A DNA stretch of 64,000 nt. It comes from Eledone cirrhosa. Lineage: Eukaryota. Numbering within the stretch: the stretch's first letter is position 1; each line of letters opens with the position of its first letter. The stretch is taken from NCBI GenBank assembly GCA_964016885.1, contig OZ024743.1:35154001-35218000 (forward strand), read 5' to 3'. Shown here one piece after another: positions 50,191 through 62,718 of the stretch. The notes beneath the pieces were generated by a model, which was given only the letters and a program-made list of their open reading frames with translations, did no database searches and had not been told where the DNA came from. The position numbers and the translations under genes were made by a program.

Positions 50191-51256
50191 AACATGGATT
50201 ACCAGAAAGTGAAACCATCTGAAACATTTATGCCTTAAGGTTCTAATCATGTAGAAAATATCTTTATCTTGCTATCTAGGTCTCTTACACTGAATATTGA
50301 TTTCTTCTGACTTGGCACAATGTCAATGTTTTGATGAGGAAGGGTATATCTTTGCTTATCTTTTATTCATAAATGCAATACCTATTTAGTGTTTTCACAG
50401 TATGTAAAAGGCCCAGTCAATTGGAAACTCATGTTTACTTTGACTAAATAGATCGATGGATATGTACTGGTATCAAGGTGATTTTCTGGATATAAACTAG
50501 ATACAAAGAGAACATATATTAATAAGAATATATATTAATAATGAAACATAAAAAGTCCAACTAAAACCAACATGAATATAAACAACTAACTGACCAGTAG
50601 AGCCTTTATTTATTTACTTTTAAGTATATTACGACTCGGTGTTAATTTTCTAATTGGTGCTAGAGTTGGCAAAGATAATGATGAATTTAATATAATGAAG
50701 ACTGGTTTGGTCACTTCAAAGTTCTAATCCTGTTAGAGACCATGTTGCAGTTCACCTATTGGCAAAGCCTAAAAGAGGAAGATTCAATCAGTCTATTGAT
50801 CTGGGGCCTAAATAACCAAGAACGGACCCATGAATATCTAACACTATCTTCCCCTAAAAAAATGTGTTCATTCCTTTTGAATTTCAAAAGGAATTCCAAC
50901 CCTTCCACCAGGGCCACAAAAGCTATTTTGTATCACCTTGTAAAATTTCTCTCAGAGGTCCTGTCCATTGGTTTGTTAATACACAGTGTCTCATATCAAG
51001 TATTGTTATTGTTTTTAATGTATAGATATCTTAGATGAGTTGTTAATAAAATTATAATTATAATTATTTGGACGATTACTCTCATCTTTAGAGATGAGAA
51101 AATTGTTCATACTTATAATGTTTCAACAGTATCTCTTTCATCACCGAGTGTCTTATTCTTTGATGGGTGTACATTACAAGACCACATTCAAACTGGAGAC
51201 TTTTATTTCCAATGTATACCAATCAACAGCCTAATGAATAAAAAATGTTATTACCT

Positions 51257-51485
51257 TTAACCCTTTAGCATTTAAACCGGCCATATCCAGCCAGAATTCT
51301 CTCACCCCTTTCTGTTCAAACTAGCCATAACTTGCCCCTCATACTGATGTTAAGGTATTGTTTTCAAAATAAATAACATCAAAATCTCATAGATTTGATA
51401 TTATGTGAGATAATTATGTGAGATAAAGCCTTTACCATGAAAATAAAATAGTAAATATAGAGTAATGTAAATGGTAAAGGGTTAA
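51257..51485 (+). mobile_element. piggyBac-like MITE, family A
   Basis: TTAA-CCCTTTAGCATTTA ... TAAATGGTAAAGGG-TTAA. Confidence 0.85.
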
Positions 51486-52622
51486 TTTACAAAATAAAAC
51501 TTTGAATCATATCTGCTTCTATATACATGACCTGCAATCAGACATCATGGTAATCTGGGATGAAACCGGTCAGGACTTACTGCAAATATTACAATTCTTT
51601 TCATTTCTAAAGCTGAAGTTAATAGTCTGAAAAATTATAAACTTATTGATTTGGTGGGATATTGTTTTTGCTTAAGGTCAATGAGGAAAAAGTAATGTCA
51701 ACTAAATTGATCCGAATGTAAAAACATGAGGTAAACAAAGGTAAATAGCTATGTGACAGCTAGGTAAAGGAAGCAAGTCTAACTTCTTCAAAAACCACAG
51801 AACATTCAATTAGTAGGGTACCAGACAACCAACTGAATGATTAATTGATTATTCCCTGTCACGCATTATCCAGTGTCTGTGACCAGACACTTAAATTCCA
51901 ATGACCAAGTTTCCATATCTAGAGGATGAAGAGGAAAGGGAATTCTGGAGTGATGATATCCTTAAAATATTATTTTTTCCTACAAAGTTTAGGTAGAAAA
52001 ATATAAATGAAATGGCAGCTATAGAGAAAGAGAGATATATAGGTATACAGCTATAGAGAAAGAGAGAGATGCACAAGATAGATTGTTTTAATTAATGGCA
52101 AACCATAATGTTATCTGCTTAAAAACAAGGCAAGTTTAGAAGGACAGAATTCAGTATAAGAAATTGAGTGTGATTTGGTTGCTATTTCTAGCAAGTTAAG
52201 CAACAACATAGTCAGTCCTGAATGAGCAGACATAAGACCACAGGCTTTCCAGACATGACCATCCCTTCTTTTTGTTTTAGACCTCATTATCTAATGTATC
52301 CACATATAAGGGCCCTCACTGATTCATACCTGGAAGAGTCATTGGTGAGACCAAATGTGTTTATCAGATAGTGTGTTTGAAATAAGAACAACAACAATAG
52401 GGATCACAACAAGGAAATGATCTGCAATAGTAAGATTTTTCCAATAGGAACACTGGAAACCATTAACACAGCTCCTCTTATCTTCCACATTCATATGGCT
52501 TCCAACTTCCTGCACATGAGATGAATCTACTCAATGAAACACTCAACTAGACAGACAGTGATATACAGTTACACACACACACTCACACACACATGTAGAT
52601 ATGCACATACTTATACACATGC

Positions 52623-52655
<33 letters not shown>

Positions 52656-52702
52656 CATTTATTTACATATATATGTGTATAAATGTTTGTGTGTGCATGT
52701 GT

Positions 52703-52743
<41 letters not shown>

Positions 52744-53049
52744 GACAAATATTTATACACTTATATATACATTGGTATGTATATTTATATACATTAAATT
52801 CATAAACACACACACATATATATATACATGTACACATACTCTTGGGTCACAAATAATGGGAGGGGGGGAATAAGTGGGGTGGGGAACATTTGCTTAAATT
52901 CTTATAAGTAGGGGTGGGAATAAACAGGGGGTTTGGGAAATCGGTAATTGTATAGTGTACATTCGTAAATATGGGATTTCTTTTTTTGTCATATATAATG
53001 TTTTTTTAATGTAAAATAAAATTATTGTTAGATTTTCTAGCTGCTGTAT

Positions 53050-54750
53050 CAATATGAATCACCCGTTTAACAAATTTACTAATCTGGTCTTTGTAGGCTT
53101 TGTGCGCTGATCTCAGTTTCCAGTAACTGGGTCCCTGTCTACAGAGTTTATCTAGATGGACCACACAGATCACAAATTTGTAGTCCATGTAATTGACTAC
53201 CTTAAATTATGGACAACCTATGCTATCCTTGTCTACTTCTCTACAGAGTACTCAATCTAGATATGATATTGATGAGCCAGTGTGGTTAGTCCATGTCCAC
53301 ATTGGCATATTTGGGAAATCCAGTTGGTACCTGTCAAAGTTGGAAGCATCAGAGCAAGTTTGTGAGGCTTTTATATCCTCCTCCTCTCTCTGCTAGTCCC
53401 ACACAGTCCCAGAATGCATCCAAGATAGAAATGTTTCCAGGCACCTGAAGAAATCAGTTCATCCTGCCCTTGTCAGAGCATAGATGGGAACTAGCTTGAA
53501 GGCATGCCCTTTGCTGCTGGTCACGTCCAGCACCAACTTACTTTCTGGGTCCAAAAAATGGTCCATTTTGCGAGATCCAGGCCTTTCCAGAACAACACAG
53601 CAATTCCACCTCCAGATCCTGAAAATGTGGGAAGGACCACTTACCCTAGATTTTTTGGAGAAAGGACAGTTGATCCATCCTTCCTGCTAGTTGTGGGCTC
53701 CTGCACCGAAATGCCGGTATAAATTCTTTAGGTGAGTTTTCCTCAGAAGGGTGTAATGTAGTCTTTTTCTCTAATTGTGGTGGGTTTTTTGGGGCAGACT
53801 GCTTGTCACTCCTCACCCTCGTCAGAATTTAGATCCAACTGTGTGACACTGGGGATGGCATATCCTCAATGGGCGTTGGTGGTGTTATTGCTGGTGGTGG
53901 TGGTTCTGTTGGTGCTATTGGTTGTGCTGGTGTGCTGTTCCAACTGTTGGTTTTGCCGTTGGTAATGTAGCTGCTGCTACAGGAGTTGGTATTGCTGTTG
54001 TTTTTCTTAATGTTGATGATGTTGTTGCTGTCTGGTTTTTGATGGTTGCTGTTGTTAAGTTCTTTGGTGTTGGTAGGCGAGGGGGTTTTCTCTCTTTCCC
54101 CTTCAGTGTTGGGCAGAAGCAAAAGATAAATATGACACTTGGCCTTCTTTTCCTCCACTTTCATGTGTATGATGATGCCACCTGGGAGATGGATTTTGAC
54201 CAGAATGGCATCCACATTCTTTTGACTGGTTTGGATGAGGATTTCAACCACCATCCCTGACCAGTTCTCTTTTTTAGTCTGGTAGACTTCAAGGATTTCA
54301 GAGTTGTCCTCAATGTCTACTGTGACTACAGCAATTAGCCAAGTAATGGCTATTTCTGGTGGTACCTGCTGGACAGGGATCCTAACTAGTTTTTGTTTGC
54401 AGTAGTAAGGGACTAACAGAATCTCTTCACTTTGTAGGGGTTTTAGTGAGTGAGATCTTGCTTCGAATTCTGTCTCAAATCTCACTGCCACTGCGCCAAA
54501 GCCTCTTCCCTTTTGAATGTTAGTTTTTAGGTTTCATACAGAACCTACAGCTTTTTTATTTGAACCTCTGTGGCTCTCTCCACCTTCCTGCCTTTTAAAC
54601 CAATAATACAGTATGTCACTGTGCAACAGACCATATTTTGGATGGTGTCACTGGGGTGTTCGGGCTGACAATAAGACCAATGTATGCAGTGAGTTTTCTG
54701 CCCTTGGTATTGGAAAGACTCAGCAAGAAATGGAAACAAAACTGAAGGAA
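53050..54750 (-). mobile_element. L1/Tx1-clade LINE 5' portion: ORF1 remnant and decayed APE endonuclease
   Basis: ORF 53829-54491 (RRM-like region, then VEEKKAKCHI knuckle-like motif); 53060-53495 reads IYA..DFFRCLETFL..WTWTN..SYLD..MDYKFV..GPSYWKL. Confidence 0.65.
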
Positions 54751-54789
54751 AAGGCAAAACAAAAATAATAATAATAATAATAATGATTT

Positions 54790-55170
54790 CATTTATTGGC
54801 CACAAGGGCTGACATATAGGGGACAATACAAAAGACTGGGACAGTGGAGGTTTACATATACAACGTGTAAACAATATGAATAACAATAACAAAGTAACAA
54901 GAAAAATACAAGAAAAATTCCCCAATAAGGGGGATGACCACCCAGGGTTCGCTCAGGTACCCCACCAATTCTGAACGACCTGACGCTTCAAGAGCACCCG
55001 GGAAGGGCACCCTTCTCCTCCTCAAATTTACCCACCTACAGGCGCATGATCAGATTAGGTCCACTCACACGGGCCATTCTCGCCACATTCACCCACCTTT
55101 CAGCAAATGTACTGGGGGGCAGCACTTCTCTCCCCACCCTCACCTTCCTTTCCAAGTGAAACTTGAAAAT
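54790..55170 (-). mobile_element. L1/Tx1 3' end fragment
   Basis: Homologous to 38553-38915. Confidence 0.7.
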
Positions 55171-55314
55171 ATTTCTATTATAGGTACAAGGCCAGCAATT
55201 TGGGGGAGAGAGGAAAGTTGATTAAATTGACCCCGGTGCATTACTGGTGCTTTATTTTATCAACCCCGTAAGGACGAAAGGCCAGCAAATTATCCAGTAC
55301 ATTACTGGTACTCT

Positions 55315-55633
55315 ATCATCATCATCATCATTTCATTTTACGTCCACTTTTTCCCTGCTTGCAAGGGTGGGACGGGAACTGATGCTGGCTTGATTTCTAC
55401 AGCTGGATGCCCTTCCTAACACCAACCTCATTTACAGTGAGTGCTGGGTGCTTTTTTGCCGTGGCTCCTCCACGACCACTTTGCAGTGGAATAATAGTGA
55501 CTCATTTCTACAGCTGAGTAAACTGGAGCAATGTGAAATAAAGTGTCTTGCTCAAGGAAACAATACATCACCCGGTCTGAGAATTGAACTCACAACCTTT
55601 CGATTGCAAGGCCAATGCTCTAACCACTAAGCC
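55315..55633 (-). mobile_element. tRNA/CORE-like SINE with RTE tail
   Basis: Near-identical to 31100-31398. Confidence 0.85.
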
Positions 55634-56034
55634 ATAATAATAATAATAACTTCAATAACAACAATAATGATAATAATTTTTTTATCTAAGTTGCTTTTTT
55701 TATCACTCTTAGAAACGTATTCTGCTTCTGATGAGATAGAAACTTCTAGAAATAAGGAAAGGATATGTGGCAGGGTAGAGATTATAGTCAATTATTATTA
55801 TTGCCATCATCATTTAACATCACCACCACCATCAACAACAACAACAACAACAGCAGCAGCAACAACAACAACACTATTTATTATTCTAAGTAGAATATAA
55901 CAATAACAATAATAATGTTTCTACTTTTGTCACAAGGCCAGCAATTACTCCAGTGCATTACTGGTACTTTATTTTATCGACCCCATAAGGATGAAAGGCA
56001 AAGTTAACCTTGGCAGGATTTGAACTCAGAACAT

Positions 56035-56336
56035 AAGTAGGTTTATAATTATTAATTTTCATTATACTTTTGTAGCTGTCTCGGTGGCCTAGTTGGAGGA
56101 AGCATAGATAGTGGTAATCCTGAAGTCTGAAGTTCGATCCTGGTTGGGAGTAGGGTTCCCAGTAAATCTTTCCATTTTTTTCTATGGGTTGTAAAATAAA
56201 AACTGAAAGACATTACATGTACCTCTTGACCAGGATAGAACCAAAGACCAGGATCTCCACAGTCTCTAGTACCTACCATTAGGCTTCTGAGGCAGCTACG
56301 AAAATCTACTGAAAATTCATACTTATAAACCTACTT
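56035..56336. mobile_element. Inverted-repeat element enclosing a tRNA-like segment
   Basis: ~50-bp imperfect IR 56035-56084 / 56287-56336; inside, GGTGGCCTAGTTGG and GTTCGATCC boxes. Confidence 0.55.
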
Positions 56337-56479
56337 TCAAAATTTAAAAAACAAAGTGTTCTGGTGTCGTTGACCAAATGCTTTGCTTAATTGTTTTATT
56401 TATTTTTTAAAAAATGTTATTCTTTCTCTTAGACTTCAGGTATTTTTTGAAAGCTAAGCATTGGCCCCTAAAATACTAC

Positions 56480-57010
56480 AGTGGGCTCTGCAATGCTACC
56501 ATGAACCCCTTGGGGCCCACTTGCCATTGGGCAACCTGGCAACCTGGCCAGTCCGCCACTGCGTACACCAAGTCTGAACACAGAGGAGCCAAACTCCCAC
56601 TGTCATCACCTCCATCTCTCTTGCCCTTCCCATCTCTCACTATTATGAGCAAAGGGGGTCCCACATACTGGCAGACCCTCAGCCCTGGCAGACAAAATAG
56701 AGAAGGCATTTCCCCGGAGGATGGTAAGGGAGCTGCGCTGGAAGAGCCATTCCATCTCATGAGGCTCACACCTATAGCTCGCCAGCTCAGCGATATAGTG
56801 GTAAGTAGGGAAGTAGCCCTAGGGCCAAGAATACCAGAAGCTTCCACTGCTAGGGGCTCGACTGCAAACCTGTTGGAGGGCAATCGATACTTGAAGAGTT
56901 TACCCTCCTCAGCCTGAAGAGCAGCAGAACCTGGGTTAGTCGCAGACTGCACCAGGTTAAGGTTGGAGAATGTGTTGCTGCATGTGGCATCCCAGACGAG
57001 GAGTTTACCA
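56480..57010 (-). mobile_element. CRE-clade non-LTR retrotransposon 3' fragment (restriction-like endonuclease)
   Basis: GKLLVWDATCSNTF..AALQAEEGKLFKY..PLAVEASGILG..(frameshifts)..WLFQR..ILRGNAFSIL. Confidence 0.8.
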
Positions 57011-57040
57011 TCATTATCATCATTGTTGTCATTAGTTATC

Positions 57041-57234
57041 CAGACCTGTCAATCTCTAAAAACACAAGCGGAGAGTATCGTGAAAAAAGTGCCCCAACAC
57101 AGGGAGAAATGAGGCAAAATGGGGAGATTTTACATAATGAAAGCTATACCCATTTTCACAAAAGAAGACATCTCTCACCCACCCCAAAGTGGGTGGAAAA
57201 TCTCCCCCTCGGAGAGAGAGAGTTGACAGGTCTG
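57041..57234. mobile_element. MITE with CAGACCTGTCAA TIR and 6-bp TSD (GTTATC)
   Basis: Perfect 12-bp TIR; GTTATC immediately on both sides. Confidence 0.8.
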
Positions 57235-57495
57235 GTTATCAATCCATCCCACCCCCCACTAGTATTTTCCCAAGTATCCCAGAAAAGTTGTCTGTTCAGA
57301 TTGTCTTGTTTCCAAATCTCCATGTCCATGGTCTGTGTTAACTACAACTATTCTTCTTCAGTAAATTTGACATTCTTTTGCTCTGCATGCAATATTCCCT
57401 CATCTACATATATAAATGTAAGTTGTCTGTCTGTGTGTGTTTACTTTGTTCTCAGAAATTAGAAAATGAACACTTGACAAAACTATATATATATA

Positions 57496-57804
57496 TACTG
57501 TTTATGCCGGCATACAAGTCGACATTTGGAGCCTAAAAATATCTCTCCAAAGCCAGCCTAACACTCGTTGGACACCACTTACCATAACTCTATAACCCAC
57601 TTATTTCCTACTGAATCTGATATTTGTTAAGTCTAATGATATCAATGACTTGCTGTAACTCATAGGGCTGGGGAGATGGTACTGCCTTATTTTTTTGGGG
57701 GGGTCGTCTTATTCGGCGAATATAGGCCTTAACCTGAATTACACATCAGAATTTTAAGGGTCAACCTATGTGCCGGATCGACTTGTACGCCAGCATATAT
57801 GGTA
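57496..57804. mobile_element. pogo/Tigger-like MITE
   Basis: TA-CTGTTTATGCCGGCATACAAGTCGA / TCGACTTGTACGCCAGCATATATGG-TA. Confidence 0.7.
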
Positions 57805-57948
57805 TATATTCACTATCTCACTGGACAAACAATGATAAAAATTGTTTTGGTTTACAAACAAGTATTTTATTTGAATTCAGTTGTTTATATTTCCATATTT
57901 ATATTAAAAAATCTGGTCATTTTGTTTTGCAATCTCATTTCCTTCTTT

Positions 57949-58007
<59 letters not shown>

Positions 58008-58222
58008 GAGAGTGTATAAGATAAAAGTGAAAGAAAGGGAAATAGAGAAAGAGATGTAAAACAATGAACATACTATCAAAGTGAGAATGAGGAAGAGTGT
58101 CAGGTAAAACAGTAAGTCATTCTCTAGTGTTTCATTCTCTTTCTTCTTTTACTTTATCTTTCTCACTCACTCTCTTTAACTCTCCCCTTTCTTCTCTGCC
58201 TTGCTCTATCCTTCCTCCAATC

Positions 58223-58297
<75 letters not shown>

Positions 58298-58354
58298 GGA
58301 ACATTTTCTTCTTTGTGTGTACATCAAAAGTTAATTCATTAAACTAAAAAGTAT

Positions 58355-61300
58355 TTAGCTGCTATTTCTAGCACACCTATAGACCACCATGAGGTTCTCT
58401 GTTTAGCTGATGTAACTGCTATTTCTTGCAAACCTATGGATCACTATGAGATTTCCCTATTTAGCTGCTATTTCTAGCCAACTTATGGACTACCATGAGG
58501 TTCCCCCTATTTAGCTGCTATTTCTTGCACATCTATGTACCACCTTGTGGTTCCTTCAATTTAGCTGCTATTTCTTGCACACCTATAGACCAGCATGAGG
58601 TTCACCTATTTAGCTGCTATTTTTTGCACACCTATGGACCCCCCATCAGATTCTCCCTATTTGGCCGCTATTTCAAGCCCACCATGAGGTCCCCCCCCTA
58701 TTTACTAGAACCCCCCCCCCCCCCTATTTCTAGAACTCCTATGGACCACCATGACGTTCCCCCTCTTTAATGCTATTTCTAGCACATGATTGGACCACCT
58801 TGAGGTTCCGACTATTTGGACCACAATAAGGTTTCTCAATTTAGCTGCTATATCTAGCACACCTATGGACTACCATCAGGTTCCACTATTTAGCTGCTTT
58901 TTCTAGCACACCTATGCACCACAGTGAGGTTCCTCTATTTCACTGACATTTCTAGTAAACCTATGGACCACCATTAGATTCCTCCTGTTTAGCTAATGTT
59001 GCTGCTATTTCTAACACACCTAGCTGCTATTTCCAGCAGACAATGAGGTTTCTCTATTTAACTGCTATTTCTAGCACACCTATGGACCACCATGGGGTTA
59101 ACCCTATTTAGCTGCTATTTCGAGCCCACCTATGCACCACCATGAGATTCCTGTATTTAGCTGCTATTTCTAGTACACTTATGGACCATCATGAAGTTCC
59201 AACTATTTAGCTGCTATTTCTAGCATACCTATGGAGCACCGTGAGGTTCTCTTTATTCAGCTATTTGTAGCACACATATGGACCACTATGAGGTTCTCAC
59301 TGTTTAGCTGATGTAGATGCTATTTCTAGCACACCTATGGACCACCACGAGGTTAACCCTATTTAGCTGCTATTTCTAGCACTCCTATGCACCACAATGA
59401 GATTCCTCTATTTCACTGATATTTTTAGTAAACCTATGGACCACCATTAGATTCCTCCTGTTTAGCTAATGTTGCTGCTATTTCTAGCACACCTATGAAC
59501 CGCCATGACGTTCCCCCTATTTAGCTGCTATTTCTAGCACTCCTATGGGCCACCATAGGTTCCCTCCTGTTTATCTGATATAGCTGCTATTTCTAGCACA
59601 CATATGGACCGCCGTTTAGCTAATGTGGCTGCTATTTCTAGAACACGTATGAGCCGCAATGAGGTTCCCTTTATTTAGCTGTTATTTCTAGCACACCTAT
59701 GGACACTATGAGGTTTTCCCCCATTTAGCTGCTATTTCTAGCACACCTATGTACCACCATGAGGTTCCCTTTATTTAGCTGCTATTCAGCGTGTGGTTCC
59801 CTCTATGTAGTTGCTATTTCTAGCACACTTCTGGACCACCATGAGGTTGTCCCTATTTGGCCGCTATTTCTAGCACGCCTATGGACCACCATGGGATTCA
59901 CTTTATTTACTTGCTATTTCTAGAACTCCTATGGACCACCATGACGTTACCCGCCCTTTAATGCTATTTCTAGCACACGATTGGACCACCTTGAGGTCCC
60001 CCCTATATAGCTGCTATTTCTAGCACACCTATGGACCACCATGTGATTCCCTCTATTTACTTGCTATTTCTAGAACTCCTATGGACCACCATGAGGTTCC
60101 CCCTCTTTAATGCTATTTCCAGCACACAATGAGGTTTCTCTATTTAGCTGCTATTTCTAGCACACATATGGACCATCATGAGTTTCACCTATTTAGCTGC
60201 TATTTCTAGCACACTTATGAACCACCATGAGGTTTCCCCTATTTAGCTGCTATTTCGAGCCTACCTATGGACCACCATGAGGTTCCTCTATTTAGCTGCT
60301 ATTTCTAGCATACCTATGGACCAACCTGAGGTTCTCCTATTTAGCTGCTATTTCTAACACACCTATGGATCACCGTGAGGTTCCCTTTATTTAGCTGCTA
60401 TTTCTAGCAAGCCTATGGTCCACCATGAGGTTCTCGCTGTTAAGCTGATGTAGCCACTATTTCTAGCACATCTATGTACCACCATGAGGTTCACCTATCT
60501 AGCTACTATTTCTAACACATCTATGCACCACCGTGAGGGTCTCTCTATTTGGCTGTTATTTCAAGCCCTCTATTTCTAGAACTCCTATGGACCACCATGA
60601 CGTTCCCCCTATTTAATGCTATTTTTAGCACATGATTGGACCATCTTGAGGTTCCGACTCTTTAGCTGCTATTTCTAGCACACCTATAGACCACAATGAG
60701 GTTTCTCTATTTAGCTGCTGTATCTAGCACACCTATGGACCACCACAAGGTTTTTTCCTATTTAGCTGCTACTTCTAGCATACATATGGACCATCATGAA
60801 TTTCCCCTTATTTAGCTACTATTTCTAACACACCTATGCACCACAATGAGGTTCCTCTATTTCACTGATATTTCTAGCAAACCTATGGACCACCATTAGA
60901 TTCCACCTGTTTAGCTAAATTTGCTGCTATTTCTAGCACATCTATGGACCACCATGAGGTTCCCTTATTTAGCTGCTAATTCTTGCACTCCCATGGACCA
61001 CCATGAGTTTCCTCCTGTTTATCTGATATAGCTGCTATTTCTAGCATATCTATGGAACACCATGAGGTTCCCCCTCTTTAACTGCTATTTCTAGCACACC
61101 TATAGACCACTATGAGGTTACCCTATTTAGCTGCTATTTCTGACACACCTCTGGACCACCGTGTGGTTCCCACTATTTATCCGCTATTTCTAGCACACCT
61201 ATGGACCACCATGAGGTTTTCCCGATTTAGCTGCTATTTCTAGCACACCTATGGACCACCATGAGGTTCCCCCTATATAACTGCTTTTTGTAACACATTT

Positions 61301-61470
61301 ATGGACCATAATGGGGTTTCCTCTATTTAGCTGTTATTTCTGGCAGTACTATGGACCACCATGCTGATTCCCTGTTTAGCTGATGTAGCTGCTATTTCTA
61401 GCACTCTTATTGACCACCATGAGGTTCCTCCTATTTACCTGTTATTTCTAGCACTCCGATGGACCACTAT
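58355..61470. repeat. Tandem satellite, ~50-bp unit, roughly 60 diverged copies
   Basis: Consensus TTAGCTGCTATTTCTAGCACACCTATGGACCACCATGAGGTTCCCCCTAT; period of 50 measured at 61184/61234. Confidence 0.95.
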
Positions 61471-62049
61471 GATGTATGTGAAATAATTAAATGAGATAAA
61501 AGTCTTTACTGCAAAAATACAATAGTAAATATAGAGTAATGTAAATACTAAAGGGTTAAAATAATATATTTATGCAGTGTTGCAATTATTACTTTCTAAG
61601 AAATTGTCCACCAACTGAGTATTCTTTATCCTGTACAATGTCGGATACTACTGCTAGTAAGTAATATATAAAATATGCAGTCCTAATGATACATTTGATA
61701 TTTATCATTTCCTCCACTCACATGTAAGTTGTTCTCATGAAGTAAAGAGAAAAGGTCAGTTAGGGAACATGCTATTTACTATATCATCAACATCCTGAAA
61801 TACAAACACTGTTAAAATAATAACTCATTATCATTTCAAGAAAAACGTGTATGTATAATTCATATTTTGTAATTTACATATCACATTGCCCCTTTCAGTA
61901 AGGTAATATAGGATGATATATGATGGTAGTAAAAACTACTAGGAAAATTTTCTTTTATTCTTTCATTGGTTTCGATCATTAGATTTGCAGCTATGCTAGG
62001 GCACTGCCTTGATGAGTTTTATGAAATAATTTTTTTAAAATCATAATAA

Positions 62050-62227
62050 TAATAATTGTTTCTACTTTAGGCACAAGGCCAGCAATTACCCAGTACATTA
62101 CTGGTACTTTATTTTATCAATCCCGTAAGGATGAAAGGCAAAGTTAACCTCAGCGGGATTTGAACTCAGAACGTGAAGGGCCATAACTATGCTGCAAAGC
62201 ATGGTGTCTGATGCCCTACCGATACTG
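62050..62227 (-). mobile_element. Nin-type SINE (short variant) abutting a CR1 tail
   Basis: Same sequence as 37965-38153. Confidence 0.85.
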
Positions 62228-62718
62228 AATAATAATGAAATTATTGTGTACAGTGCTCAGGTGCACTACAACCTATTAAAGGTGCATGTATAGTACATAG
62301 AATAATGTACAAATGTCAGAAAAATGAACAGTGTATGAGTCATGATATACACACAGATATATGCATGTGTGTGTATGGAGGTGGAATATCAGGTGTAGTT
62401 TTGGCGAATTTCAGGAAGCATGGAGGTTTTAAAGGATGCAGGGTCCCGACAGCTAACAACCGATGCAGGTAGTTTGTTCCATATTTCAGTAACTCTAAGT
62501 GTGAAAAAATGTTTCTGAAAGTCATTGGAGCTGTGCTGTTTTCTGACTTTGTAGGCATGCCCACGGGTGTTAGACACATGGAATTCAAAAAGGTGCTCAA
62601 GATTGTTGTTGGCAAGATGGTTAATAATTTTGTGGGTATTTACCAAGTTAGTTGCCAGACGTCGGAGCTTCAATGTATCCATGCCCAGGGAAGCAAGGTG
62701 TTCAGAGTATGGTATGGA
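62228..62718 (-). mobile_element. 5'-truncated CR1 (IRQNYT subfamily)
   Basis: ORF 62389-62682 homologous to the ORF2 C-terminus; 3'UTR matches 26790-27070. Confidence 0.92.

Noticed and set aside
58355-61470. CRISPR-like array
   Set aside because: The whole unit is repeated with diffuse divergence; there are no unique spacers or cas genes, and the context is eukaryotic.
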